NCBI GenBank assembly: GCA_045546315.1
Contig: JAZQCN010000036.1
Span: forward strand, 33,574-97,573
DNA from: Clostridia bacterium
GTDB taxonomy: Bacteria; Bacillota; Clostridia; UBA1381; UMGS1253
Direction: 5' to 3'
Length of the DNA stretch: 64,000 nucleotides
Below the pieces are notes generated by a model that was not told the DNA's origin, did no database searches, and saw only the letters and a program-made list of their open reading frames with translations. Made by a program: the position numbers and the translations under genes. This document shows, piece after piece, positions 52,104-62,315 of the stretch; positions within the stretch are counted from its first letter, which is position 1, and each line of letters begins with the position of its first letter.

Positions 52104-52181
52104 CATCGTAGGGACAGGCGTCCTCGACTGTCCGTATTGCGTAATTTTACGGACCGCCCGGGAGGTCGGTCCCTACAAATG
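52104..52181. repeat. GC-rich REP/BIME-like palindromic element, copy B
   Basis: The element reads CATCGTAGGG-ACAG-GCGTCCTCGA-CTGT-CCGTA, then TTGCGTAATT, then TTACGG-ACCG-CCCGGGAGGT-CGGT-CCCTACAAATG. That is two inverted modules, each with an internal hairpin, and the outer GTAGGGAC/GTCCCTAC arms can also pair. Confidence 0.6.
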
Positions 52182-52213
52182 AAGATTAAAATACAGTTTG
52201 GGAGGAATTACAC

Positions 52214-52747
52214 ATGAAATGGTTTATTGCATCAGACATACACGGCAGTGCATACTACTGCAAAAAAATGCTGGATTGCTTCGAAAAGGAAAAGGCAGAC
52301 AAAATGCTCCTTTTGGGCGATATTTTGTATCACGGACCGCGAAACGATTTGCCGAAGGACTATAACCCAAAAGCGGTAATCGAGCTTTTAAACGCAATGA
52401 AGGACAGGATTTTATGCGTGCGCGGCAATTGCGATACCGAGGTCGACCAAATGGTGCTCAAGTTCCCGATTTTGGCGGACTACTGCATTATTACGGATGC
52501 GGGCAAGGTCATTTATGCTACCCACGGACATAACTTTAACGAAAACAACCTGCCGCCGCTTGGGAACGGTGATATTTTACTGCACGGACACACGCATGTA
52601 CCAAAATGCACAAAGCACGAAGCCTATACCTATATGAATCCGGGCTCCGTTTCCATCCCGAAAGAAAACAGCCACCACGGCTATATGCTGTTGGAAAACG
52701 GTGTGTTTATTTGGAAGGATTTTGAGGGGAATATAGTGGAAATCTAA
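52214..52747 (+). CDS. yfcE: YfcE-family metallophosphoesterase (MJ0936 family phosphodiesterase)
   Basis: MKWFIASDIHGS..LLLGDILYHGPRN..VRGNCD..THGH..GHTH. Confidence 0.8.
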   Translation: MKWFIASDIHGSAYYCKKMLDCFEKEKADKMLLLGDILYHGPRNDLPKDYNPKAVIELLNAMKDRILCVRGNCDTEVDQMVLKFPILADYCIITDAGKVIYATHGHNFNENNLPPLGNGDILLHGHTHVPKCTKHEAYTYMNPGSVSIPKENSHHGYMLLENGVFIWKDFEGNIVEI

Positions 52748-52749
52748 AT

Positions 52750-52781
52750 AAAAAAGTGACTTCATATGAAGTCACTTTTTT
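52750..52781. terminator. Bidirectional terminator
   Basis: AAAAAAGTGACTTCA-TATGAAGTCACTTTTTT. Confidence 0.75.
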
Positions 52782-53550
52782 ATTTAAAATATCTTTGTCT
52801 GTGAATTTCATACATCAGCACTGCAGCAGCTGCCGAAGCGTTTAAGCTGTTGACATGCCCCTTCATCGGGATGCTGACCATAAAGTCGCAGTTTTCCTTC
52901 ACGAGGCGGCTGATGCCTTCGCCTTCGGAGCCGATGACCACCGCAAGCGGTCCGGTCATATCCGTTTTATACAGCTCGGAAGCGCCTTCTGCATCCGTTC
53001 CACACACCCAAAGGCCAGCGTCCTTCAGCTTTTTGATGCACTGCGTGAGGTTCGTTACCTTACATACCGGCATATACTCCGTTGCGCCGGCAGATGCCTT
53101 TGCCGCAATGGCATTTAGCGCCACGCTTCGGTGCTTCGGGATAATTACGCCGTGCGCGCCGCAGCACTCCGCTGTACGGATAATCGAGCCGAGGTTGCCT
53201 GCATCGTTTAAGGAGTCGCACAAAATGACAAACGGCGCTTCGCCCTTATCTGCGGCATTTTGCAAAATTTCCTCAACGGAAACATAGGTTGCCGCCGCAA
53301 CATAGGCGATGATGCCCTGATGCGCGCCCGTCTGACTAATTGCATCGAGCTTACTACGCTCCACCTCGCTTACGAGGATTTTCTGCGCCTTTGCAAGCGC
53401 AAGGATGCGTGTAATCGCACCCTTGTTATCGCTTTTTGCTATTAAAATTTTATCAATCTGCCGACCGGCACGCAGCGCCTCAAACACCGGGTTTCTGCCC
53501 TCTAAAATGTCCTCGCGCAGCTCCGTCAGCTCGTTTTGTCTTTTATTCAT
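52780..53550 (-). CDS. rlmB: 23S rRNA (guanosine-2'-O)-methyltransferase RlmB (SpoU/TrmH family)
   Basis: ..LEGRNPVFEAL..DSLNDAGNLGSIIRTAECCGAHGVIIP..VIGSEGEGISRLV..IPMKGHVNSLNASAAAAVLMYE. Confidence 0.85.
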   Translation of the reverse strand: MNKRQNELTELREDILEGRNPVFEALRAGRQIDKILIAKSDNKGAITRILALAKAQKILVSEVERSKLDAISQTGAHQGIIAYVAAATYVSVEEILQNAADKGEAPFVILCDSLNDAGNLGSIIRTAECCGAHGVIIPKHRSVALNAIAAKASAGATEYMPVCKVTNLTQCIKKLKDAGLWVCGTDAEGASELYKTDMTGPLAVVIGSEGEGISRLVKENCDFMVSIPMKGHVNSLNASAAAAVLMYEIHRQRYFK

Positions 53551-54764
53551 TATACTCTACCCAAATCAAACTTGTCGTGAATTGCTACAACTGCGCGCTC
53601 TGCATCCGCTCTGTCGATAAGCACGGAAACCTTGATTTCAGAAGTCGCAATCATACGCACATTGATATTGCTCTGGAACAGCGCCTCAAACATCTTGGAT
53701 GCAACACCTGCGTTGGAAACCATACCTGCACCAACGATGGAAACCTTGGAAACGGTATCATCGAAAACAATCTTCTTTGCGCCGATAACATCGTTTGCCG
53801 CATTCAATACATCGAGTGCCTCCTGGAGTCTGTCGGAAGCAACGGTAAAGCTGATGTCTCTTGTGCCGTCTCTGCCTTCGGACTGGATAATTAAGTCAAC
53901 ATTGATATCCTTTGCCGCCAGCTTGGAGAAGATTGTATATACCTTACCCGGCTGATCGTCTACCTCCATCACTGCAATGCTTGCTGTATTGTTATCGCGT
54001 GCTACGCCTCTTACCATCATCTTTTCCACGTCTTTTACCTCCTTAACGGTTGTACCCTCTACTCTGTGCAAGCTGGAGAGCACCTTTAACTTTACATTAT
54101 ATTTTTTCGCCATTTCAACCGAACGGTTGTTTAATACATTCGCACCGAGACTTGCCAGCTCAAGCATTTCATCATAGGAAATATCGTTGAGCTTTACAGC
54201 ATCCGGACAGATGCGCGGGTCTGTTGTGTACACGCCGTCAACATCTGTATAAATCTCGCAAACATCTGCGCTGAGCGCCGCCGCAAGTGCAACTGCGGAG
54301 GTGTCCGAGCCGCCGCGGCCGAGCGTTGTGATATCGTCGTATTTGTTTAAGCCCTGGAAGCCTGCAACAACAACAATCTTGTTTTTATCCAGCTCAACCT
54401 TTAAGCGCTCTGTGTTAATCTTATGAATTCTTGCCATACCGTACTGGCTGCTGGTGTTAAAGCCTGCCTGCCAGCCTGTCAGCGAAATCGCCGGGCAGCC
54501 GAGCTTTTCAATTGCCATTGCCAAAAGCGAAATCGAAATCTGCTCACCGGTGGCTAAAAGCATATCCATCTCACGCTTAGACGGTCTTTCACTGATTTCC
54601 TTCGCCTTTTCAATCAGGTCATCCGTTGTATCGCCCTGCGCGGACACAACAACGACCACCTGGTTGCCTTCCTTGTACTTATCTGTAATAATTCGTGCTA
54701 CATTGAACACTCTCTCGGCATTGGCAACCGAGCTGCCGCCGAATTTCTGTACTACCAAACTCAC
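53550..54764 (-). CDS. lysC: Aspartate kinase
   Basis: MSLVVQKFGGSSVANAERV..GRGGSDTSAVALAAAL.. with two C-terminal ACT domains. The stop and the next start overlap as TAATG with rlmB. Confidence 0.93.
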   Translation of the reverse strand: MSLVVQKFGGSSVANAERVFNVARIITDKYKEGNQVVVVVSAQGDTTDDLIEKAKEISERPSKREMDMLLATGEQISISLLAMAIEKLGCPAISLTGWQAGFNTSSQYGMARIHKINTERLKVELDKNKIVVVAGFQGLNKYDDITTLGRGGSDTSAVALAAALSADVCEIYTDVDGVYTTDPRICPDAVKLNDISYDEMLELASLGANVLNNRSVEMAKKYNVKLKVLSSLHRVEGTTVKEVKDVEKMMVRGVARDNNTASIAVMEVDDQPGKVYTIFSKLAAKDINVDLIIQSEGRDGTRDISFTVASDRLQEALDVLNAANDVIGAKKIVFDDTVSKVSIVGAGMVSNAGVASKMFEALFQSNINVRMIATSEIKVSVLIDRADAERAVVAIHDKFDLGRV

Positions 54765-54777
54765 TGTATTCTCCCCC

Positions 54778-55983
54778 TTAATCCATCACTCGAATATAGC
54801 TCTTTACACAATCGCCGAGCTTTGCAATCTTTTCTATCATATGCGCTTCCTTTTCCGCCGGTGCGATAAAGCATACCTGCTCGTCACTGTCGGCAAAAGT
54901 AGTATCTGTACCGAAGATTGCGCGCACCTCGTCTACCGTTACGCCGTCTGCGCGAACAAACATTGCACCCTCAGCCTCGGTATGCGCTTCGGTCAATTCC
55001 TGCGCACCTGCAGTCCAGATGAAGTTTTTATTCTCCCCTGCGCTGACAATATCAATCACATCGCCCAAAACCGCACTCGCTGTCGGCAGCTTGCCTGCGC
55101 CTCTGCCGTAGAACATTACATCACCCACGCTGTCGCCGCGCACCATAATGGCATTAAATACATCCTCTACCATCGCCAGCGGCGTGCCCTTTTTAATCAG
55201 CATCGGCGAAACGCGGCAAAGCGTTTTCCCGTTCTGATTGCGGGTGTAGCCAATCAGCTTAATCACATAGCCCAGGCGACCTGCAAGCTTTACATCATCT
55301 AAGGTAATCTTGGTAATACCTTCGGTATAAACCTTTTCGCTGTCCTGCGCATTGCCAAAAGCAAGCGATGCCAAAATGCTGATTTTGCGGCAAGCATCGT
55401 GCCCTTCTACATCCGCTTCCGGGTTACGCTCTGCATACCCGAGCGCCTGCGCCTCGGCAAGTGCTTCCTCAAACGACTTATTGTTATGAATCATCTGCGT
55501 TAAGATGTAGTTTGTTGTGCCGTTTAAAATACCGAAAATCTCAGTGATATTATTTGCTGCAAGACATTTATGCATCGGGCGGATAATCGGAATACCGCCG
55601 CCGACACTTGCCTCAAACAAGTAGTTGACATTCTTTTCCTTCGCAATCGCCAGAAGCTCCGTGCCACACTTGGCAACGAGCTCTTTATTGCTTGTAACAA
55701 CGCTTTTACCCGCAAGCAGCGCCTTCTTAGTGAAGGTGTATGCCGGCTCAACGCCGCCAATGGTTTCCACAACAACGCTTACAGAAGCATCATTTAAAAT
55801 ATCATCGTAGTTTTTTGTAAAAATTTCTTTTCTCGGATGCGTGTCAAAATCGCGTAAATCCAAAACATGCGTTACTGCAATTTTTTTACCGACCTTGCGT
55901 GCGATACCGTCTGCATTCGTGTCTAAAATATCATACACACCGCTGCCGACCGTACCGTAACCGAGGATTGCAATATTTACCAT
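54778..55983 (-). CDS. hom: Homoserine dehydrogenase
   Basis: MVNIAILGYGTVGSGVY..VTSNKEL..GILNGTTNYIL.. with a C-terminal ACT-like region. Confidence 0.93.
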   Translation of the reverse strand: MVNIAILGYGTVGSGVYDILDTNADGIARKVGKKIAVTHVLDLRDFDTHPRKEIFTKNYDDILNDASVSVVVETIGGVEPAYTFTKKALLAGKSVVTSNKELVAKCGTELLAIAKEKNVNYLFEASVGGGIPIIRPMHKCLAANNITEIFGILNGTTNYILTQMIHNNKSFEEALAEAQALGYAERNPEADVEGHDACRKISILASLAFGNAQDSEKVYTEGITKITLDDVKLAGRLGYVIKLIGYTRNQNGKTLCRVSPMLIKKGTPLAMVEDVFNAIMVRGDSVGDVMFYGRGAGKLPTASAVLGDVIDIVSAGENKNFIWTAGAQELTEAHTEAEGAMFVRADGVTVDEVRAIFGTDTTFADSDEQVCFIAPAEKEAHMIEKIAKLGDCVKSYIRVMD

Positions 55984-55995
55984 AGCCTTTACTCC

Positions 55996-56439
55996 TTATT
56001 CCCCTGAAATAATCTCAACCTTTTGTACACCGCCGACCGAACGAAGCTTTTTAATCAGCTGGTCAATGCGCATCGTCATCTCGCTGATACGCAGCGAAAC
56101 CGTGATACTGGCAAGCTGGTTGACCGGAATGTTTTGATTGATGGTCAACACACTGATTTGCGCGGATGCAAGCACCTTCAATATGCCCGAAAGCACACCG
56201 GTCCGGTCCGCCACCTCAAACAAAAGCGTTACAATCTTGTCCTTGCCCATTTCTTCGAACGGAAATACGCTGTCCTTATACTTGTAAAACGCCGAACGGC
56301 TGATTTTCAGTCGCTCTGCTGCTTCGGAGGCCGTTTGACACGCGCCGGTTTTCAAGAGGCGCTTTGCCTCAATGACCTTTAAAAAGATATCCGGCAAAAC
56401 TGCGGTGTCAATCAATAAAAATTCAGTTTTCTGCTGCAA
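55996..56439 (-). CDS. ACT-domain protein (UPF0735 / PheB-like)
   Basis: TTG start after GGAGGTG. An N-terminal HTH-like segment is followed by an ACT fold (..IVTLLFEVADRTGVLSGILKVLASAQISVLTINQNIPV..). Confidence 0.75.
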   Translation of the reverse strand: MQQKTEFLLIDTAVLPDIFLKVIEAKRLLKTGACQTASEAAERLKISRSAFYKYKDSVFPFEEMGKDKIVTLLFEVADRTGVLSGILKVLASAQISVLTINQNIPVNQLASITVSLRISEMTMRIDQLIKKLRSVGGVQKVEIISGE

Positions 56440-56493
56440 AAGCTCACCTCCGTTCGTGTGCGCGATACAAAAACATCTGTATTCGCACTATGG

Positions 56494-56522
56494 AATCATA
56501 CCACAAAGCACGCACTGTGTCA
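56494..56522 (-). promoter_or_regulatory. Sigma-A promoter of the ACT-hom-lysC-rlmB operon
   Basis: On the minus strand: TTGACA (56522-56517), 17 nt ending in TGG, then TATGAT (56499-56494). Confidence 0.7.
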
Positions 56523-56622
56523 ATACTTATAATAAGAAAAAAACGAATTTCCGGGGCAAAAAAGAAGGAAAACCCCTGCCGGATGTAGAAATTAGCTAAA
56601 TATGGTTAGGGAGGGATGTACA

Positions 56623-57018
56623 ATGGCAGACAAATTGTTCAAAAAGTCTTTTATGGGCGGCTATAACCGCAAGCTCGTCGATGCAAAATTCACAGAGCTT
56701 TCCGCAAAGCTTGCTGCCGCAGAAGAAAGAATAGAAGCTTTGCGTGTACAGCTATCCGAAAAGGATACGCAGCTGCGCAAACTTGAGGAGGAGCGCGCCT
56801 TTATTTCCGATGCGCTTTTAACCGCAAAGAAGGAAGGCGAGCGTATGCTGGAGGAAACGCAGGCGCACATTGCCGCCGTGCAGGCAGAGGCGCAGGCTGA
56901 GCTTGAGCGCTTGCAGGCATTGGCTGAAGAGGAGCGCGCGCTGATTCGCAGCTACCAAAAGCAGGCAAGCAGCGTATTAAAAGAGTATAAAGAGCGCGTA
57001 AACAGCATATCCATTTAA
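56623..57018 (+). CDS. DivIVA-domain coiled-coil protein
   Basis: Start set at ATG 56623 after AGGGAGGG. The N-terminus MADKLFKKSFMGGYNRKLVDAKFTEL fits the DivIVA F-x-K-x-F-x-GY..V..F pattern. The remainder is heptad-rich coiled coil. Confidence 0.6.
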   Translation: MADKLFKKSFMGGYNRKLVDAKFTELSAKLAAAEERIEALRVQLSEKDTQLRKLEEERAFISDALLTAKKEGERMLEETQAHIAAVQAEAQAELERLQALAEEERALIRSYQKQASSVLKEYKERVNSISI

Positions 57019-57042
57019 CAGTGAACCGTAAAGGAGAACATT

Positions 57043-57873
57043 ATGAATTGGTTTCAAGCACTGATTTTAGGCTTGGTACAGGGGCTGACAGAGTTTCTGC
57101 CGGTTTCCAGCTCCGGGCACATTGTCATTTTCAGTAATATTTTAAATGTACAAATCGAGGACGGCAACGCATTCTCCGTGCTTTTGCATCTGGCAACCTT
57201 TTTGTCGGTCTGCATTATGTACAGAGAGGATGTATGGATGCTGATTCGCGAATTCTTTTTATGGCTCGGCGATTTGCTGCGCGGTCGCTTTAAGGTGGAA
57301 ACGCCGGAGCGCCGCATGCTGATTATGCTGATCTATGCAACGATCCCCGCCGTGGTTGTCGGTTTTGTCTTTAAAGCATTCGACTTGGACGCAAAGCTTT
57401 CGATTTTACCGGTGGTCGGCGTAACCCAGCTTTTAACGGCAACGCTGATGTATATTGTGAATCGCTTCGGCGACGGCACACTCGACAAACAAAACGCCGG
57501 CTTCGGCACGGCATGGCTCGTCGGCCTCGCGCAGGCTTGCGCTCTGCTGCCGGGCTTGTCGCGCAGCGGCTCAACCATCACTGCAGCGCGTGCGTGCGGC
57601 TACAAAAAAGAGTTTGCCATTAAGTTTTCCTTCTTAATGTCGCTTCCGGCCATTTTGGGCGCAGCCGTACTGGAGGGTGCATCCCTGATTGCGGACGGTG
57701 CATTTTCCGTTGAGCTTTTGCCGACAATTATCGCCTTTGTTGCTGCAATGGTTTCCGGCATACTTGCCATTCAGTTTATGATTCGTCTTTTAAAAAACAA
57801 CCGTTTTTATGTTTTTTCAATTTATTGTGTGCTCACAGGCATTCTTTGTCTTGTATTTGGCTTCATAAAGTAG
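57043..57873 (+). CDS. uppP: Undecaprenyl-diphosphate phosphatase
   Basis: MNWFQALILGLVQGLTEFLPVSSSGH..PGLSRSGSTI.. Confidence 0.93.
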   Translation: MNWFQALILGLVQGLTEFLPVSSSGHIVIFSNILNVQIEDGNAFSVLLHLATFLSVCIMYREDVWMLIREFFLWLGDLLRGRFKVETPERRMLIMLIYATIPAVVVGFVFKAFDLDAKLSILPVVGVTQLLTATLMYIVNRFGDGTLDKQNAGFGTAWLVGLAQACALLPGLSRSGSTITAARACGYKKEFAIKFSFLMSLPAILGAAVLEGASLIADGAFSVELLPTIIAFVAAMVSGILAIQFMIRLLKNNRFYVFSIYCVLTGILCLVFGFIK

Positions 57874-57879
57874 TATAAT

Positions 57880-57915
57880 AGAAGGGGTTTAGAATAAACC
57901 TCTTCTTTTTATTTT
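57880..57915 (+). terminator. uppP terminator
   Basis: GAAGGGGTTT-AGAAT-AAACCTCTTC followed by TTTTTATTTTT. Confidence 0.6.
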
Positions 57916-57936
57916 TCAGGAAAGGGCGGAAAATGT

Positions 57937-58767
57937 ATGAACTGGTCAAGAACAAAAACCTGGCTGATTGTGCTGTTTATTGGCATCAATCTGTTTTTGA
58001 TTTTCACGCTCGTAAAAGAAAATATAGCACAATCCACCATTTCCGAGCAAATGGTTGCAGATACGGTTGCCATTTTGGCGCGAAACGACATTAAGGTGGA
58101 CAACCAATTGATTCCGCGCAAAATGCCGGCACTCAGCGCCGTTGCAGTACACAACTCCGTTACCGACCAGAAAGCGCTGGCGGAAGCACTGCTCGGCGGT
58201 AAGGCCGTACTCAATAAAGAAACCGGTAATTATATGCGTTCCACGGCTTTCGTCGGCTTTGACGGCGACTCCTTTACCTATGTAAACATCAATCCGGCAA
58301 AAAGAGACCTCTTCTCTACAACAGACGAAGCCGTTAACTATGCAAAAGACTTCTTTACACGCGCTGCACTGGATATGAGCAAGGCGCAGGTCTCCGTACT
58401 TTCCGAAAACGGAGACGAGGTCAAGCTTTTGTTTACACAGCGGTTAGACAGCTATCCGCTTTTAGATTCGCAATTGGAGGTAACTATAACGACTAAGGGC
58501 ATCAGCAACGCAAACGGCTGTTGGTTTTTTATGGCGGACGAGCAAACCGGTCGCGGCTCTGCCGGCGGTCGTGTAAAAGAAATTACATCCGTGCTGATTG
58601 ACTTTATTTCCGATGCATACCGCGCGGGCAGCTCCAACCATATTGTTGATATCACACTCGGCTACACCACCGGCAACAAGAGCACCTACCACCGCTCTGT
58701 TTCCGCGATGCCGACCTGGCGCATTACTACCGCAGACGGCAGAGTGTACTATTACGACGCAAACTAA
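57937..58767 (+). CDS. YycI-like membrane-anchored regulatory-domain protein
   Basis: The N-terminus MNWSRTKTWLIVLFIGINLFLIFTLV resembles YycI/YycH-type anchors (MDWSKTK..LN.FL). A 250-aa extracytoplasmic domain follows. Confidence 0.5.
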   Translation: MNWSRTKTWLIVLFIGINLFLIFTLVKENIAQSTISEQMVADTVAILARNDIKVDNQLIPRKMPALSAVAVHNSVTDQKALAEALLGGKAVLNKETGNYMRSTAFVGFDGDSFTYVNINPAKRDLFSTTDEAVNYAKDFFTRAALDMSKAQVSVLSENGDEVKLLFTQRLDSYPLLDSQLEVTITTKGISNANGCWFFMADEQTGRGSAGGRVKEITSVLIDFISDAYRAGSSNHIVDITLGYTTGNKSTYHRSVSAMPTWRITTADGRVYYYDAN

Positions 58768-58785
58768 GTATACAGGAACTTGCTT

Positions 58786-60696
58786 ATGAAAGATTTTTTA
58801 CCGATTACAACCGAAGATTTAAAAAAGCGCGGCTGGGATACGCCCGACTTTATCTACATCGTCGGCGACGCCTATGTCGACCACCCAAGCTTCGGCCATG
58901 CCATCATTTCGCGTGTGCTGGAGGCACACGGCTACAGCGTCGGCATCATCGCACAACCGGACTGGCGCAGCACAAAAGACTTTAAAAGGCTCGGTCGCCC
59001 GCGCCTCGGCGTACTCGTCTCGAGCGGTAACATCGACTCGATGGTCAACCACTATACTGCGGCAAAAAAACCGCGCAGCGAGGATTTATATTCCCCGGGC
59101 GGTGAAGCCGGGCACAGACCGGACCGCGCCGTCATTGTATACTGCAACCGCATTCGCGAGGCGTTTGGTGACATTCCGATTATTATCGGCGGCGTAGAAG
59201 CGAGCCTCAGGCGCTTTGCGCACTATGACTACTGGGATAATAAGGTACGCCGCAGCGTGCTGTTGGACAGCCGCGCGGATTTGCTCATCTACGGCATGGG
59301 CGAAAAGCAAATTGTGCAAATTGCGGATGCCCTCGAAAAGGGTATTCCGGTTAAAAAAATACGCCATATCAACGGCACCTGCTTTGTTGCAGACAAGGAA
59401 TATGCACAGGAGGGCATCCTGCTCGACAGCTTTGAGACCGTTTCGTCAGACAAGCCTGCCTACGCCAAAGCGTGCCGCATTCAGTACGAAGAACAAGACC
59501 CGATTCGCGGCAAGCGCCTGATTCAACCGCACCACGATAAACTGTTGGTGCAGAATCCGCCGATGCTGCCTTTAAACACCAAGGAATTAGATGCCGTATA
59601 CGCTCTGCCGTATATGCGCACCTACCACCCGAGCTATGAAGCTATGGGCGGTATTCCCGCAATCGCAGAGGTCAAGTTTTCAATCACCAGCTGCCGCGGC
59701 TGCTACGGCGCGTGCAACTTCTGTGCGCTCACCTTTCACCAGGGGCGCATCGTGCAATCGCGCAGTCACGAGTCCATTTTGGCAGAAGCGCAGAAAATCA
59801 TCTGGGAGCCTGACTTTAAGGGCTACATCCACGATGTCGGCGGGCCGACCGCAGATTTCAGAAAGCCTGCCTGCAAAAACCAGCTGAAGGTCGGCGCCTG
59901 CAAAAACAAGCAATGCCTGTTCCCGACGCCGTGCAAAAACTTAGAAGCAGACCACAGCGACTATTTGGCGCTCTTGCGCAAGCTGCGCAGCTTGGACAGA
60001 GTCAAAAAGGTATTTGTGCGCTCCGGTCTGCGCTATGACTATATTATGGCAGACAAGGATGACACCTTTTTCACCGAGCTTTGTGCACACCATGTCAGCG
60101 GTCAGTTAAAAGTGGCGCCGGAGCATGTGAGTGAAAATGTATTAAAGTATATGGGTAAGCCGGCAGGCGGCGTCTATAAGCGTTTTTCAGACAAATACTA
60201 CGCCATCAACGCCAAGCTCGGCAAGCAGCAATACCTCGTTCCCTATTTGATGAGCTCGCACCCGGGCTCAACCTTAAAGGATGCGGTTATGCTGTCGCTG
60301 TTTTTGCGCGACAACGGTTTAAATCCGCAGCAGGTGCAGGATTTTTATCCCACACCGGGCACGATTTCCACCGCAATGTTTTACACAGAGCTTGACCCGT
60401 ACACCGGCAAAAAGCTCTATGTCGCCAAAACGCCGGAGGAAAAGGCAATGCAGCGCGCACTGCTGCAGTATAAAAACCCGGCAAACCACAACCTGGTCCG
60501 CAAGGCGCTGCGCCTGTGCGGCAGAGAAGATTTAATCGGCTTTACTAAAAATTGTCTTGTGCGGCCAGAGCCGGGCAAGCAAGCAAATACAGGAGGAAAT
60601 AAAAATGGCAATTATTATGGACGGAAAGGCACTTTCCAAAAAGATAAAGGAAAATCTGGCAGTAGAGGTCGCAAAGCTCAAGACAAACGGCGTTAA
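58786..60696 (+). CDS. ygiQ: YgiQ-family radical SAM protein (UPF0313)
   Basis: [60 protein letters not shown].., the radical-SAM cluster motif [11 protein letters not shown], and a basic low-complexity tail. Confidence 0.88.
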   Translation: MKDFLPITTEDLKKRGWDTPDFIYIVGDAYVDHPSFGHAIISRVLEAHGYSVGIIAQPDWRSTKDFKRLGRPRLGVLVSSGNIDSMVNHYTAAKKPRSEDLYSPGGEAGHRPDRAVIVYCNRIREAFGDIPIIIGGVEASLRRFAHYDYWDNKVRRSVLLDSRADLLIYGMGEKQIVQIADALEKGIPVKKIRHINGTCFVADKEYAQEGILLDSFETVSSDKPAYAKACRIQYEEQDPIRGKRLIQPHHDKLLVQNPPMLPLNTKELDAVYALPYMRTYHPSYEAMGGIPAIAEVKFSITSCRGCYGACNFCALTFHQGRIVQSRSHESILAEAQKIIWEPDFKGYIHDVGGPTADFRKPACKNQLKVGACKNKQCLFPTPCKNLEADHSDYLALLRKLRSLDRVKKVFVRSGLRYDYIMADKDDTFFTELCAHHVSGQLKVAPEHVSENVLKYMGKPAGGVYKRFSDKYYAINAKLGKQQYLVPYLMSSHPGSTLKDAVMLSLFLRDNGLNPQQVQDFYPTPGTISTAMFYTELDPYTGKKLYVAKTPEEKAMQRALLQYKNPANHNLVRKALRLCGREDLIGFTKNCLVRPEPGKQANTGGNKNGNYYGRKGTFQKDKGKSGSRGRKAQDKRR

Positions 60697-61444
60697 TCCG
60701 TGCCTGGCGGTGATTATCGTCGGCGAGGACCCGGCAAGCAAGGTTTATGTCGCCGGCAAAATCCGCGACTGCGGCGAAGTCGGCATTGAATCCCGTGAGT
60801 TTGCGCTGCCGGAAAGCACAACGCAGGAAGAACTGATTGCGCTTGTAGAAAAGCTCAACGCAGATGATACGGTTTCCGGTCTTTTAGTGCAGCTCCCGCT
60901 GCCGAAGCACTTAGATGAAAAAGCAGTCATTGATACCATCCGCCCAGACAAGGATGTTGATGCCTTCCACCCGGCAAATGTGGGCAAAATCATGATTGGC
61001 GACTATGACTTTCTGCCGTGCACACCGGCAGGCGTTATGGAATTATTAGACGAGTACAACATCGATATCGCAGGCAAGGAATGTGTGGTTGTCGGCAGAA
61101 GCAATATCGTCGGCAAGCCGCAGTCTATGCTGCTTCTGCAGCGCCACGGTACGGTGACCATTTGCCACTCTAAAACAAAGGATTTGGCAGAAATCACGCG
61201 CCGCGCAGACATTTTGGTTGTAGCCATCGGCAGAGGCGAATTCATCAAGGGTGATATGATTAAGGAAGGCGCAGTTGTTATTGATGTCGGTATGAACAGA
61301 AACGCCGAGGGCAAGCTCGTCGGTGATGTTGAATTTGCAAGTGCAGAGAAAAAAGCGTCCTATATTACACCTGTACCGGGCGGCGTTGGTGTAATGACAC
61401 GCGCCATCTTAATGAAAAACACCATCCGCGCAGCACAGAAATAA
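60605..61444 (+). CDS. folD: Bifunctional methylenetetrahydrofolate dehydrogenase/cyclohydrolase FolD
   Basis: Start set at ATG 60605 ([16 protein letters not shown]..) after AGGAGGAAA. Motifs ..[11 protein letters not shown].., ..GLLVQLPLP.., ..[11 protein letters not shown].., ..[10 protein letters not shown]. It overlaps the 3' end of ygiQ by 92 nt. Confidence 0.92.
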   Translation: MAIIMDGKALSKKIKENLAVEVAKLKTNGVNPCLAVIIVGEDPASKVYVAGKIRDCGEVGIESREFALPESTTQEELIALVEKLNADDTVSGLLVQLPLPKHLDEKAVIDTIRPDKDVDAFHPANVGKIMIGDYDFLPCTPAGVMELLDEYNIDIAGKECVVVGRSNIVGKPQSMLLLQRHGTVTICHSKTKDLAEITRRADILVVAIGRGEFIKGDMIKEGAVVIDVGMNRNAEGKLVGDVEFASAEKKASYITPVPGGVGVMTRAILMKNTIRAAQK

Positions 61445-61450
61445 GGAATA

Positions 61451-62170
61451 TTGATTATGAAAACAATTCTTTCATCCGGGCTGGATGCTTTAGGCATCCC
61501 CTACTCGGAGGCAACACTGGACAATTTAGTTACATATTACGAACTGCTGGTAGAAACCAACAAGGTGATGAACTTAACCGCCATTACCGAGGCGGAAGAG
61601 GTTGCACGAAAGCACTTTTTAGACAGCGCCGTGCTCCTTTCGATTGAAAAGCTGCCGAAAGGCGCGAAAATCATCGATGTCGGTACCGGCGCAGGCTTTC
61701 CGGGCATGGTTTTAAAAATTCTCCGCCCGGATTTAGACATCACGCTTCTGGATTCTTTGGCAAAACGCATCCACTTTCTCAAAGAAGTGGCACAAACGCT
61801 GAAGCTTTGCGATAAACTGACGCTTGTGCACGCGCGCGCCGAGGATTTGGCACGCGACGACAAATACAGAGAGCGTTTCGCATTTGCCGTGTCCCGCGCG
61901 GTAGCAAATTTGAACACTTTGTCGGAATACTGCCTGCCGTTTGTGAAAATCGGCGGAAAAATGGCAGCCTACAAAGGCCCGAACGCCGAAGAGGAATTAA
62001 GCGGTGCACAAAACGCCATTGAAATTCTCGGCGGCAAAGCAGCCGGTATCGTACCGGTTGCGGTCAGCGGCACTGACCTTGCACACAATGTAGTTTTCAT
62101 CGACAAGGTTTTATCTACGCCGACAAAATATCCCCGCAGCGGCAATAAGCCGTCAGCAAAACCTTTATAA
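61451..62170 (+). CDS. rsmG: 16S rRNA (guanine527-N7)-methyltransferase RsmG (GidB)
   Basis: ..NKVMNLTAITEAEEVARKHFLDS..IIDVGTGAGFPGMVLKI..SRAVANL.. Confidence 0.92.
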   Translation: MIMKTILSSGLDALGIPYSEATLDNLVTYYELLVETNKVMNLTAITEAEEVARKHFLDSAVLLSIEKLPKGAKIIDVGTGAGFPGMVLKILRPDLDITLLDSLAKRIHFLKEVAQTLKLCDKLTLVHARAEDLARDDKYRERFAFAVSRAVANLNTLSEYCLPFVKIGGKMAAYKGPNAEEELSGAQNAIEILGGKAAGIVPVAVSGTDLAHNVVFIDKVLSTPTKYPRSGNKPSAKPL

Positions 62171-62315
62171 TTTGCAACATAACAACTGCATATGTCGAAA
62201 AAGCAAAAACGGTTTTTCTTTACATTTTTCCAAAATATGGTATTCTTAGATTGTCGACAGGTTCTTCTGTCGCAAACCGCTATCAACTGCGGGAACGGAC
62301 ATACCGAGACGGAAA

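Noticed and set aside
54765-54777. A lysine (L-box) riboswitch or T-box upstream of lysC or hom.
   Set aside because: Only 13 nt separate hom and lysC. The ~75-nt operon leader downstream of the promoter at 56494-56522 is too short and lacks L-box or T-box conserved elements.
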